From Alphaproteobacteria bacterium (GTDB taxonomy: Bacteria; Pseudomonadota; Alphaproteobacteria; UBA828), in contig CBDCCI010000002.1 of assembly GCA_965214705.1 (NCBI GenBank), positions 608,001 through 672,000 on the forward strand: 64,000 bases of DNA, given 5' to 3'. Positions within the stretch are counted from its first letter, which is position 1; the number at the start of each line of letters is the position of its first letter. Under the pieces are notes generated by a model, which ran no database searches, had not been told where the DNA came from, and was given only the letters and a program-made list of their open reading frames with translations. The translations under genes and the position numbers were made by a program. Below are positions 38,662 to 48,905 of the stretch, piece after piece.

Positions 38662-39462
38662 TCATGGCGAGCCGTCGGCGGGCGGTTCATAGAACGAGAA
38701 GTACCGCGCGCCGAAGTCGCTCACCATGGTGCTCTCCACGCGGATGACGCCGCCGCCGTAACGCGTCAGGTCCATAACGGTCGCAGCCCCGTCGACCCTC
38801 AGCCTCAAATCCCCGAAGCGCGCGACTCCCGCGATCTCCGTCAGGTCGATCAGGTCCTCGCCGTGCATGAAGTCCGTGATCGTGTCGGCCCCGTGATGCG
38901 GCTCGAACACGAACACGTCGGCGCCGGCACCGCCTGTGAGCGTGTCGTCGCCCTCGCCGCCCACCAGCCAGTCATCGCCGTTGCCGCCGACGAGAACGTC
39001 GTCGCCCGCGCCGCCGAAGAGGTCGTCGTCATCCTCGCCGCCGGCAAGCGCGTCATCGCCGTCCTCCGGCGAGAGCTCGCCACTGTCGCCGATGAGGGTG
39101 TCGTCTCCGCCGCCGCCCCAGAGGGTGTCGTAGCCCTTGTCGCCGATGAGCAGGTCGGCGCCTGCGGCGGCGACGATGAGGTCGTTGCCGTCGTCCCCGC
39201 TCAGGACTTCTGCACGCTCGCTCCCGAAGAGAACGTCGTCGCCTTTCCCGCCCGCGACGATCTCGGGCTCGCCTCCGCCCTTGATGTTCTCCTGGGGAGC
39301 GGGACCGCGCCGGGTGTCGTCCGCCAGGAACACGGCGAGCAGCGCCATGCCGAGGAGCACGACGAAGACCGGCCACGCCGTCGCCGGGACGCCGGGCGCC
39401 GTGCCGCGCTGCGCCACGCTGGCTCGATCGGCCTTCGCTCTGCCTTGTCCACCGCTGCCCAT
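38662..39462 (-). CDS. RTX/hemolysin-type calcium-binding repeat protein with N-terminal TM segment
   Basis: Multiple GGxGxDxL nonapeptides, GADVFVF, DTITDF. Confidence 0.88.
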   Translation of the reverse strand: MGSGGQGRAKADRASVAQRGTAPGVPATAWPVFVVLLGMALLAVFLADDTRRGPAPQENIKGGGEPEIVAGGKGDDVLFGSERAEVLSGDDGNDLIVAAAGADLLIGDKGYDTLWGGGGDDTLIGDSGELSPEDGDDALAGGEDDDDLFGGAGDDVLVGGNGDDWLVGGEGDDTLTGGAGADVFVFEPHHGADTITDFMHGEDLIDLTEIAGVARFGDLRLRVDGAATVMDLTRYGGGVIRVESTMVSDFGARYFSFYEPPADGSP

Positions 39463-39604
39463 CCGGGATTAGACGCGTAGGCCGGCGCCGAATCCCAATA
39501 CCGTTTTCCTGGGCCTCCCATAGGATCGGAGCCGACCGGCATGGAGCCTCATACGTGCCGGGCATACCCAGCCTCGTTGCGGCGTGTCGGCGGCGCTGCG
39601 GCCT

Positions 39605-39712
39605 CACATCCCGTCGATGGGAGCCCCGTTGGCGGGCGGCTCGTAGAACACGAAGTCCGCCGCATCGAAATCTTCGGCGGCGACGCCCTCCAGCCGGATC
39701 AGGCCGCCGCCG
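39605..39712 (-). pseudogene. C-terminal remnant of a second RTX-type protein
   Basis: GGLIRLEGVAAEDFDAADFVFYEPPANGAP parallels GGVIRVESTMVSDFGARYFSFYEPPADGSP of the neighbouring gene. Confidence 0.65.
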
Positions 39713-39807
39713 CACGAGAGCGCTTCGCCGGCGCAATTTCCAGCAACGTCGGGCGGAAGCACCAGTGTATCCTCCGCTCGGATTCGCCGCCTCGAAGGGC
39801 TCCCGCC

Positions 39808-40635
39808 ATGTCCTCTCCCGCCGTCGCCGAAGCCCCCTCACGCCACGCGGAGGCGGAGTGGGCCACCCGCGTCGAGCTCGCCGCCCTCTATCGGGTCATG
39901 CACCTCTACGGCATGACCGACATCGCCAATCAGGAGGTCGGCGCCCGCGTGCATGGCGAGCCGGATTGCTTCCTCATCCACCCTTACGGGCTCCTGTTCG
40001 AGGAGGTCCGCGCCTCGGACCTCGTCAAGGTGAGCCTGGACGGCGTGGTGGTCGACGGCCCCGGCATCTGGGCCGGCAGCGGCCGCGAGAGCTTGGTCGC
40101 GCACGCGGGCGAGCGCTGGGTCAGCGACGGCGGGGTGAACCTCGGCAAGTGGATCTTCGGCACGCGCCCCGACTGCGGCTTCTTCATCCACGCGCACTGC
40201 GAGGACGTGATGGCGGTCCCCGCGACCGAAGGCGGGCTGCGCCCGGTGAGCCAGGCCTACATCTATCTCCGGGAGCACATCGCTTACCTCGGCTACGACT
40301 TTGCCGAGGACGACGAGTACGCCGCGCTGTTCCGCGGGGCGATCGCCGAGCACGACATCGTCGTCTCGCATCACCACGGCTACTACGCCCTCGGCCGCTC
40401 GGCGGTGGAGGCTTTCTTCCGGGCGTTCTACCTGCGCCAGGCGTGCGCGGTGCAGGTCAAGGCGGCCGCGATTGCGGCGGGCACGGGCGAGCACTTGCGC
40501 GAGATGGACCCACAGCGCGTCGCGATGATCGAGGACCAGATGCGCGCCTCCGCCCACTACCACTACGACGGCAGCACCGAGTGGGCCGCCCTTATGCGCA
40601 AGCTGGAGCGCACCTGCCCCGATTATCGGACGTGA
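39808..40635 (+). CDS. class II aldolase/adducin family protein (divergent paralogue)
   Basis: RVELAALYR, FLIHPYGLLFEEV.ASDLVKV, IHAH, HHHG, EWAALMRKL. Confidence 0.8.
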   Translation: MSSPAVAEAPSRHAEAEWATRVELAALYRVMHLYGMTDIANQEVGARVHGEPDCFLIHPYGLLFEEVRASDLVKVSLDGVVVDGPGIWAGSGRESLVAHAGERWVSDGGVNLGKWIFGTRPDCGFFIHAHCEDVMAVPATEGGLRPVSQAYIYLREHIAYLGYDFAEDDEYAALFRGAIAEHDIVVSHHHGYYALGRSAVEAFFRAFYLRQACAVQVKAAAIAAGTGEHLREMDPQRVAMIEDQMRASAHYHYDGSTEWAALMRKLERTCPDYRT

Positions 40636-40938
40636 GCGCAGCCCTGGGGTCGGGGTGACGATAGGCTTACGGATTGGCCCCCGGATCGGAGCGCATCGGC
40701 GCGCAAGGCCGACCGCTCCTGCCCGCATCCCTCGGATTGGCACCCATCGCCGGTTAAGCGCGCGCCCCATTTCTTGATCCGTGTCCCATGCAATTTTCCT
40801 GTGGGCGCCCCGCGAATACAGCATTGCCTTTTTCTCTGGGTTCTCATACATGCCTTCAGATGCGGCAAATCATAGGGATTCGAGAAATGACTGAGAGCAA
40901 TCCCTTTGCTGTGATTTACCATATGTGGGAAGACCCCA

Positions 40939-41880
40939 ATGACTGAGTTAGAGATTTTGAAAACTGTTGCCCAGACTCCGAAGATTCTGCACGAGGTTTA
41001 CGGAGATTTAGCTAAGCCTGGTGTGCGACAAGTGGGAAAGGCACTTGGTACCATTCTTGGGCTTGGTAATACAATTCTCTGGCCCTTAGCACTGCAAAAT
41101 GAGCGTTCACGGATTGCACTGGAAACAAATTTAGAAAGATATCGACGAAAAATGGAGAATCTGTCCGAGGAACAGATCTGCGAAGTCGCTCCAGAGGTAG
41201 GTGTACCCGTTGTAGAGAAACTGGCATACGTTACCAATCAGGAATTGAGTGAAATGTATGTGGAACTGCTTGCGAAAGCATCTCAAACTCAAGAGGCGAA
41301 TGCAGCCCATCCGAGCTTTGCCAATATTATTAAGGAACCTCTGATTTATCAGGGGTTCCCGTGGCACAGGGATGTGCCACCATTTTCGGTGTCTGTAAGT
41401 CACTGAAAATGTGAGCAAAGCGGAAAGCGCGCTTCCGCCTTGCGCGTCTGAGAAATGCAGGAGGCACTTATTCAGACCTTCCCTAACAGTATATCACCTG
41501 ATGAAGCGATCGTGATTAGATCAATACGAAGGGCCTCGTCGATACCATATGTTTCGGTTCGGTTATATGAGAAGGGCAGATCTGCATGGATTGAGCTGCA
41601 ACCCATGGTGTTAAATTTGTCCTGCTCTGCTGACTTGACTTACCCGAACAATGTTCCTGCATACATTAGCAACTTAGAAGGGTTAGGAGTATTGGATATT
41701 CAGGATATGTTTAGCATAGACAAGGATGAACTTTATGCGCCAATTGAAGATATAGCGAGAAAAACTCATTCGGATATACCCGAAAATCTAAGGGACAGAG
41801 AAATAAAGTTTGATCGCGGAAAAATCGATATTACGTCATTTGGTCGGTTATTCCTATATGCCTGCTTCCCAAGCCAGTAG
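40939..41880 (+). pseudogene. Abi-alpha/DUF4393-like protein split by a MITE
   Basis: Removing 153 bp restores ELSEMYVELLAKAS...AHPSFANIINSISPDEA in frame; ends ITSFGRLFLYAC; AT-rich insert. Confidence 0.8.
41334..41482. mobile_element. 149-bp IS5-type MITE/deleted IS
   Basis: Ends ggaacctctga / tcagaccttcc; flanked by TTAA (41330-41333) and CTAA (41483-41486). Confidence 0.75.
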
Positions 41881-42007
41881 TTTAGGAGAAAATGCACAAG
41901 ACGTGCGCATGGTAGTAGAAACGTAGTCACTACCTCTATTGTCCGGTTGCTGAAGTTCGCATGGTTTCGGGTTGGCTGTGTAGTCTCCCCGATCCTGCGA
42001 ATCTCCT

Positions 42008-42101
42008 CGTCATGCCCGGACTTGTTCCGGGCATCTCGCTCAGCGAGAACCGTTGAGTCCCCAACCAACACGTGGATGGCCGGGACAAGCCCGGCCATGA
42101 C
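42008..42101. repeat. pair of alphaproteobacterial REP-like palindromes
   Basis: gtcatgcccggacttgttccgggcatc and gatggccgggacaagcccggccatgac in inverted orientation. Confidence 0.8.
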
Positions 42102-42265
42102 TTGGGAGGGGCATTTCGTCAATTCAGTCAAACTTCTCGATCAGGACACGATACCCTCTTCATACGATACATTTGACGCAGGACGTCGGGCAGTCGGTTG
42201 GACAAGGCGTTTGGCTGGGGTTTGTCCGCAATGGGTCCGTTCAAAGCGATAATCGCACTGGCTGC

Positions 42266-43033
42266 CTACCCCGAAATCGAGGTGCCCCCGTCCACCACAA
42301 AACTCTGGCCGGTGGTCCAGCGGCCGGCGTCCGAGGCCAGGTAGACCGCGATGCCCGCGATGTCGTCGGGCTCACCGAGCCGCCGCAGCGGCGTGCGGGC
42401 GATCCGCTCCGCCGCGCGCGCCTCGTCCTCCCAGAGCGCCCGCGCGAAGTCCGTGCGTACCAGCCCCGGCGTGATGGCGTTGACCCGGATGTTGTGCGGC
42501 CCGAGTTCCACCGCGAGATTGCGCACGAGCTGCAGGTCCGCCGCCTTGGAGATGCAGTAGGCGCCGATGATGGCGGAGCCGATGGTGCCCCCGATCGAGG
42601 AGACGTAGATGATCGTGCCGTCCTTCCGCTCCCGCATCTCGTCCGCCACCAGTTGCGCGAGCCACAGGTTGGACTGCACGTTGGTCGCCATGATCTTGGC
42701 GAAGGCCTCGTCCGAGATGTCGGCGAACGAGCCGTAGTGCGGGTTGATGGCGGCGTTGGCGACGACGATGTCAATCGGCCCCCAGGCCCGGCGGGTCTCG
42801 TCCACCAGGCGCTCCAGCTCGGGCTTGCGCCCGACGTTGCAGGGGAGGCCGAGGACGGCGAGCCCCTCGTCGGCGAGCTCCCGCTCGGCCGCCGCGACCC
42901 GGCCTTCGTCCCGGCTGGAAACGACCACCTTTGCCCCGTGCTGCGCCAGCGCCCGCGCGATGGCCTTGCCGATGCCCTTGGTGGAGCCGGTGACGACGGC
43001 GGTCTTGCCGGTGAGATCGAAGAGGGCGGACAT
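42266..43033 (-). CDS. SDR family oxidoreductase
   Basis: TGSTKGIG, VANAA, YCISK, VNAITPG. Confidence 0.93.
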   Translation of the reverse strand: MSALFDLTGKTAVVTGSTKGIGKAIARALAQHGAKVVVSSRDEGRVAAAERELADEGLAVLGLPCNVGRKPELERLVDETRRAWGPIDIVVANAAINPHYGSFADISDEAFAKIMATNVQSNLWLAQLVADEMRERKDGTIIYVSSIGGTIGSAIIGAYCISKAADLQLVRNLAVELGPHNIRVNAITPGLVRTDFARALWEDEARAAERIARTPLRRLGEPDDIAGIAVYLASDAGRWTTGQSFVVDGGTSISG

Positions 43034-43212
43034 GGCGGTCTACGACGCCTCCGGACTAGGTGAGGGGGCGGTCATGGCATAGTCTCGCGGCCGCGGAGTC
43101 TCCGGGCGATGCGGGGCGCGAGGATGACCGCTCCGCACGGGGCAGTCCAGAGCAACCTCAACGCGTGGCGCGGTGGCGGGTGCCGGAGCGGCGATCGAAG
43201 AGGAAAGGCCGA

Positions 43213-43650
43213 ATGGCGAGAGCAGACTTTTCGTTTTTCTTCCCGTTCAGGGTGCGGTACTCGGAGATCGATGGGCAGATGCTCGTCTTCAACGCCCACT
43301 ACCTGACCTACTTCGACACCGCGATCACCGAGTTTTTCCGCGCGCTCCCTTACGACTACCAGGGGCAGGTGGAGCGCAGGGGCGAGGACTACCACACGGT
43401 CAAGACCCTGGTGGAGTATTACGCGCCGATCCGCTTCGACGACGAGATCGAGGTCGGCGTGCGCGCGGCGCGCATCGGCCGCTCAAGCCTCACCTTCGGC
43501 CTGGAGATCCACCCCAAGGGGCGGGACGAACGGCTCGCTTCGGGCGAGGTGGTGTGGGTCAACACCAATCAGGCGACCCACCGTCCGGCGCCGCTGCCGC
43601 CCGAGCTGGTGGAGAAGCTGCAGGCCTTCGAGGACGGCGATAAGGGCTAG
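43213..43650 (+). CDS. acyl-CoA thioesterase (4HBT/YbgC family)
   Basis: VRYSEIDGQMLVFNAHYLTYFD, RIGRSSL. Confidence 0.9.
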   Translation: MARADFSFFFPFRVRYSEIDGQMLVFNAHYLTYFDTAITEFFRALPYDYQGQVERRGEDYHTVKTLVEYYAPIRFDDEIEVGVRAARIGRSSLTFGLEIHPKGRDERLASGEVVWVNTNQATHRPAPLPPELVEKLQAFEDGDKG

Positions 43651-45086
43651 CGCGTGCCGCCGAAGCCGGCGCTCAGGTCGTCGCGTTCCAGCACGCCGCC
43701 CATGCCCTCGTGGGCTGAGCCGAAGAACGCGCCCGTCACGGTGCCGGCATCGCCGCCGGTCTGCACGAAGGTGTTGCCACGCACCTCGATTGCGTAGCGC
43801 AAGTCGCCGTCGTGCCACATGGCGCCCGTCCCCACGGCGCCTGGTGCCGCATCGGCCGCCCAGTGTTCGAGCCCGGTGAAATCCGCCGTGCCCACCAGCG
43901 TCGCCAGATCGACCGAGAGAGCAGCGGCGCCGGCGACGGTCTCCGCGTCTGGGGTTAAGCCGAGCAGACGGCCGGACCAGGCGACGCTGCCCGAGAGTTC
44001 AGCGTTGTCCGCGAGCGCGGCGTGGGGCGCTGGCCCGGTTGCCCAGGGCTGTACCAAGCCGTTCCTGAGCGCCGCGCCGAACGCGATCTCGCCGTCCTCG
44101 ATGTCGATCGCGCCCTGCACGTGCAGGGAGGTGTCGGCCCAGTCGCCCAGCTCGGTCGCGAAGTCGCCCGGCACGGTTCCGGGCTCCAGGCGGCCGTAGA
44201 CCGCGAGCAGGGCCTCGCGATCGAGCGGATGCAGGATGTGTTCCGTCAGTTCCTCGCTGCCGCCTGCTGCCGTGATCGTATCCGGGAAGCGCGCGGGGTC
44301 CACGTGGCCCCGGCCGAGTAGGTGAATGATCTCGTGCGCGATCACGCCGAGCCGCTCGAGCCCGTCCGTCCGGGTGTGATCCACAAACACCCGCCCCGCG
44401 GCGATCTCGATGCTGAAGGGCGCCGCCGGGTCGCCGGTCGGCATTAACGAATAACGTGGTTCGGCCAACCCGATGTCCTCTCCGTCCGGCGGCACAGCTT
44501 CCGTCGTCCAGTCCTCCTGCCGCGCGAACGTGACCAGGATTTCGCCCTCCGGAGCCTCGATGGCGCCGGCGGGCGCGGGGTCCGGGCTGAACCCGAGCTG
44601 CCAGTCTCTCGGCAGCGCCGCGTTGATCGCCTGAACCACGCGAACCGTCTCGTCCACCAGCGCCGGCGGCGTGCCATCGGCCACGTAAACGGTCGGTGGA
44701 TCGGAGCGGAAGCGCAGGAGCGGGGCCTCGATAATCGTATCGGCGGGCATGCCGTATTCTTCTTCTTCCCCGGTCTGAAACGCGGCGGTGTCCGCTTCCA
44801 GGTAGGCGATCAATTCGGCGGCACCGACGCCATCCTGCACCGAGCCGTGGGCGACCCTGGCGTCGCCGTGAGTAGCGGCCTGCGGCAGCGCGTCGGCCGG
44901 CGGCGCGACATCGGCACCCACGTGGATCGCGTTCCCAAGAGCCACGATGGGCGCTTGGGGCGCCTGTAGCGCCGTCTGCAGCGGCAGCGCGGGTACCTCC
45001 GGGGACCGCGCGTCGTCGCTTCGGTGAATGCATGCGCCGAGCGTCAGCGCGACGCCTAAGCCGAGATACGCGAGTGGGAGCTTCAT
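43647..45086 (-). CDS. lipoprotein with metzincin-type Zn motif and C-terminal TbpB-like beta-barrel
   Basis: Lipobox LGAC; HEIIHLLGRGH; C-terminus GTVTGAFFGSAHEGMGGVL...AGFGGTR. Confidence 0.75.
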   Translation of the reverse strand: MKLPLAYLGLGVALTLGACIHRSDDARSPEVPALPLQTALQAPQAPIVALGNAIHVGADVAPPADALPQAATHGDARVAHGSVQDGVGAAELIAYLEADTAAFQTGEEEEYGMPADTIIEAPLLRFRSDPPTVYVADGTPPALVDETVRVVQAINAALPRDWQLGFSPDPAPAGAIEAPEGEILVTFARQEDWTTEAVPPDGEDIGLAEPRYSLMPTGDPAAPFSIEIAAGRVFVDHTRTDGLERLGVIAHEIIHLLGRGHVDPARFPDTITAAGGSEELTEHILHPLDREALLAVYGRLEPGTVPGDFATELGDWADTSLHVQGAIDIEDGEIAFGAALRNGLVQPWATGPAPHAALADNAELSGSVAWSGRLLGLTPDAETVAGAAALSVDLATLVGTADFTGLEHWAADAAPGAVGTGAMWHDGDLRYAIEVRGNTFVQTGGDAGTVTGAFFGSAHEGMGGVLERDDLSAGFGGTR

Positions 45087-45179
45087 GGGACCGCACCGTT
45101 GCGAGGCCGAACTCCGGAGCAGCGCACTCCGACAGGCGAATCGAAACGCCGCTACGGTTCTACCCTAACCGGTCATCTG

Positions 45180-45965
45180 TTACAGGCGTATATCTATGCC
45201 CACCGGGCAGTGATCGGAGCCCATCTGCTCGGGCCAGATGAAGGCGTCCTCCACCCGCTTTATCGCCGCCGGTGAGGCGAGCACGTAGTCGATCCGCCAG
45301 CCGACGTTCCGCTCGCGCGCGCCGCCCCGCTGCGTCCACCAGCTGTAGTGGTCCGGCTCGTCCGGATGCAACGCGCGAAAGGTGTCCGCCCAGCCGGCCT
45401 CCAGCCAGCGGTCGATCTCGGCCCGCTCCACCGGCAGGAAGCCGCTGTTCTTGACGTTGGCCTTGGGCCTGGCGAGGTCGATCTCCCGGTGCGCGGTGTT
45501 GTAATCCCCGATCACCAGCACCGGGCAGCGGCGGCGCATGCGCTGCACCCGCTCGAAGACCGCGCGGTAGAAGTCGAGCTTGTAGGGCACCCGGCTGTTG
45601 TCGCGGTTCTTGCCGTCCCCCTTGGGGAAGTAGGCGTTGACCACCGCGAAGCGCCCCTGCTCGGTGCGGAAGTGGGCGGCAATGTAGCGGCCCTCGACAT
45701 CGAACTGGGCCTCGCCGAGGGCGGTCTCCACCCGCTCGGGCGCGAGCCTCGAATAGATGCCGACGCCGCTGTAGCCCCGGCGCTCGGCCGCGACGAACGC
45801 CGTGTGCCAGCCGGCCGGCGTGCGGGCCTCGTCGGGAATCTCCTCGTAGAGCGCGCGGACCTCCTGCACGCCGATGATGTCGGCTTGCGCGCGCTCCAGA
45901 AAGTCTGCGAACCCCTTCTTCACGCAGGCCCTGATCCCGTTGACGTTCCAACTCACAACGCGCAT
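45180..45965 (-). CDS. xth: exodeoxyribonuclease III
   Basis: SWNVNGIRA, QE, GYSGV, GDYNTAH, YSWW, GWRIDY, GSDHCP. Confidence 0.95.
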   Translation of the reverse strand: MRVVSWNVNGIRACVKKGFADFLERAQADIIGVQEVRALYEEIPDEARTPAGWHTAFVAAERRGYSGVGIYSRLAPERVETALGEAQFDVEGRYIAAHFRTEQGRFAVVNAYFPKGDGKNRDNSRVPYKLDFYRAVFERVQRMRRRCPVLVIGDYNTAHREIDLARPKANVKNSGFLPVERAEIDRWLEAGWADTFRALHPDEPDHYSWWTQRGGARERNVGWRIDYVLASPAAIKRVEDAFIWPEQMGSDHCPVGIDIRL

Positions 45966-46126
45966 TGGCTTCTCCCCGGCCGGCTTTACGACGACTTGCC
46001 TATTCTGCGATAGGGTGGGCCGGCCGGCGCCAAGAGGCAACTGTGCCGGCAGTCGCAAGGGGGACTCATGGCAAAGCGGACGTTGCGGTCGCACCAATGG
46101 TTCGCCGAGGCCGCTCCGCTGAAGGG

Positions 46127-47092
46127 ATGACGCCCTTCACCCCCTTTCGTCGCCGCCGGCCGTGGATCACCGCGGACCTTCAGACGATACGGAACGATCT
46201 TCCTGGAAGGCTGGCGGGCATTGCGGCGGACTCGGGCCAGCGCATCGAGATTCCCCTCAGCGACGGGAGCGGCGACCGCCTCGTCGCCCGCTTCCATCCG
46301 GGGCGCACGCCGGTGCCGGCCGTCATTCTGGTGCCGGGGCTCACGGGCTGCGAGGCGAGCCGGCACGTGCTGCAAGCGGCAGATGCGTGGGCGGCAGACG
46401 GCGCGCCGGTGGTCCGTCTCAACCTCCGGGGCTCACCGCCGGGCCGCTCTCTCGCCAAGGGTCACTACCACATGGACCGAGTGCAGGACCTCGCCGATGC
46501 CTGCCTCGCGGCAGGCGATCTCGACCCCGGCATCCGCCGCCACGGCGTGGTTATCGTGGGGTTCTCGCTCGGCGGTGCGCTTGCCCTCCGCTTGGCCCAG
46601 ACACCATCGCGTCCTGACCTTGTGAAGGCCGTGGTCACGGTATCCGCGCCCCTCGATCTCACAGCGACGGCGGAGCGGATCGCCCGGCCCAGAAACCGCT
46701 TCTACGAAGACTGGCTGCTCCGGCGGCTCAAGCGAGAAACGGTACCGCTCTGGTGCGATGGGCCGGCGGCCGTGCGCGCGGCGGTTCGAGGCGCGCGGCA
46801 TATCCATGAATTCGACGATGCGCTCACCGCGAAAGAGGCCGGGTTTCGCGATGCGGCGGACTACTACGCCTCGTGCTCACCGATGAACGATATGGGCAGC
46901 CTCGGTATTCCCGCGCTCGTCATTCACGCCGACGACGATCCCTGGGTGCCGCCGCCATCGGTCGTCGAGTGCGCGCCGCTTCGCGTCGTCGTCACGCGCG
47001 GTGGCGGCCACGTCGGCTTTCACGGGAGAGGAAGCCGGATGCCCTGGTACGTGGGTGCCGCCGTGCGCTTCCTGAAATCGCTCCCCAGATAG
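46127..47092 (+). CDS. YheT-like alpha/beta hydrolase
   Basis: PGLTG, GFSLGG, EFDD, IHADDDP, GGHVGF. Confidence 0.88.
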   Translation: MTPFTPFRRRRPWITADLQTIRNDLPGRLAGIAADSGQRIEIPLSDGSGDRLVARFHPGRTPVPAVILVPGLTGCEASRHVLQAADAWAADGAPVVRLNLRGSPPGRSLAKGHYHMDRVQDLADACLAAGDLDPGIRRHGVVIVGFSLGGALALRLAQTPSRPDLVKAVVTVSAPLDLTATAERIARPRNRFYEDWLLRRLKRETVPLWCDGPAAVRAAVRGARHIHEFDDALTAKEAGFRDAADYYASCSPMNDMGSLGIPALVIHADDDPWVPPPSVVECAPLRVVVTRGGGHVGFHGRGSRMPWYVGAAVRFLKSLPR

Positions 47093-47260
47093 TGCCGGCC
47101 TGCCCTGCCTGATGCGGGCTTCCTTGCCCGCCCGTCGATTGGTCGCTACCGTTCCGTTGAAGGTGGGGCGCTGCGCTCGCCCGGGTCCCACCCAAGGATT
47201 AAGTGCGTCGGGAAGCCGCCGCGACGCGGCCAAGAGGCGAGCGAGAGGGAGGGACGATCC

Positions 47261-48853
47261 ATGAGCAGACGGCTGGCTCAGTTTCTAGGCATTGCCATCA
47301 TTGCCGGCGGGCTCGCCGGTGCCACTGCTGCACAAGCGGAGGAGCCCAAGCAGGGCGGCACCTTCGTGTGGGGCATGTCCAGCGAGATGAACATCCTGGA
47401 CCCGCACGCCACCTGCAGCTGGTACACCACCAACGCCATCCACAACATGTTCGAAGGGCTGGTCATGCTCGACCTGGCCGACCCGGAGGCGAAGAGCGCG
47501 AAGCTCAAGCCCGCGATCGCGGAATCCTGGGAGCGCTCCGAGGACGGCACGGTCTACACCTTCCAGATCAGGGAGAACGTGACGTTCCACGACGGCACCA
47601 GCGTGGATGCCGAGGTGGTCAAGTGGAACTACGACCGCTTCTTCAACAAGGACGCGCCGCAGTTCTACGACACCGCCGCAGCCTTCATGGGCTACTACAC
47701 GCGCTGGATGAAGTCGGTCGAGGTGACCGGGCCGATGGAGGTCACCATCACGCTGACCGAGCCCAACTACGAGTGGCTCCAGTTCGGCGTGCAGGCCTGC
47801 GGTATGCCGATGATCATCAGCCCCACCCAGATCGAGCAGGTGGGCAACGACGGCTTCCCCTTGGCGCCGGTGGGCACAGGGCCCTTCAAGTTCGTGGAGC
47901 GCGAGCAGAACATCAAGGTGGTGCTGGAGCGCTTCGACGACTATTGGGGCCAGAACGCCTATATCGACACGTTGATCTTCCGGCCGCTCTCGGATCAGGC
48001 GTCGCGGCTCTCCGCCATGCGTGCGGGTGAGGTGCACATGATCAACGAGGCGCCGTGGGACGAGCTCGAAGGTCTCGAGGAAGAGGGCTTCGTGATCTCG
48101 ACCAACGAGAACATCCCGTCGATCTGGCTGCTCTTCTTCAACCACAGGGACCCGATCATGTCTGACGTCCGGGTCCGCAAGGCGATCAACATGGCGATCA
48201 ATCGCGAGGGGATCGCCCACGAAATCCTCAAGGATACCGGCCGGGCGGAATACGGCATGCTCTCGCCGGGCACCTTCGCCTACCAGCCGGGCTACGTGTC
48301 CGCGCCTTACGACCCCGAAGGTGCCAAGGCGCTGTTGGCCGAGGCCGGCTACGGCGACGGGCTCGCCATCGAGTTCGACATCTACGAGTACGGCTACAAT
48401 GAGGTCTGGGAGAAGTGGATCCAGCGCGACCTCAAGAAGATCGGGATCGACATCAAGCTCAACAAGATCGAGTGGATCACCTACCTCGGCAAGTGGGTCC
48501 AGGGCATGCCCGAGGGCCTGCACATGAACGAGGTCGGCTGGGGCTGGTCGGTTCCCTACTGGACCCAGGTCATGTCCCGCTGCGATTCGCAGCCGCCCAA
48601 CGGCTTCAACGTCGGCTGGTACTGCAACCCGGAGGTCGATGCGCTCTTTAACCAGGCGCTGGCGGAGAAGGACGAGGCTAAGGCGGCGGCGCTCTATCAG
48701 CAGGCGAACGAGATCATCATGGGCCAGGACTTCGCCTATGCGCCCAAGTTCGTCTACTACAACCCGCTGGTGCTCGACCCCAGCGTGAAGGGCTTCGTGA
48801 ACCCGCCGGAGAACTGGTACGACTTCTCCATCCTCTGGCTCGACGAAGAGTAG
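47261..48853 (+). CDS. ABC transporter substrate-binding protein, family 5
   Basis: Signal peptide, LDPH, AESWE.SEDG..YTF.IR..V.FHDG, PVGTGPFKF, VRKAINMAINR. Confidence 0.93.
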   Translation: MSRRLAQFLGIAIIAGGLAGATAAQAEEPKQGGTFVWGMSSEMNILDPHATCSWYTTNAIHNMFEGLVMLDLADPEAKSAKLKPAIAESWERSEDGTVYTFQIRENVTFHDGTSVDAEVVKWNYDRFFNKDAPQFYDTAAAFMGYYTRWMKSVEVTGPMEVTITLTEPNYEWLQFGVQACGMPMIISPTQIEQVGNDGFPLAPVGTGPFKFVEREQNIKVVLERFDDYWGQNAYIDTLIFRPLSDQASRLSAMRAGEVHMINEAPWDELEGLEEEGFVISTNENIPSIWLLFFNHRDPIMSDVRVRKAINMAINREGIAHEILKDTGRAEYGMLSPGTFAYQPGYVSAPYDPEGAKALLAEAGYGDGLAIEFDIYEYGYNEVWEKWIQRDLKKIGIDIKLNKIEWITYLGKWVQGMPEGLHMNEVGWGWSVPYWTQVMSRCDSQPPNGFNVGWYCNPEVDALFNQALAEKDEAKAAALYQQANEIIMGQDFAYAPKFVYYNPLVLDPSVKGFVNPPENWYDFSILWLDEE

Positions 48854-48905
48854 GGCGGCCTGACCTGCACGTCCGAAGGGGAGCCCTCGACCGGGAGAGA
48901 AGACA

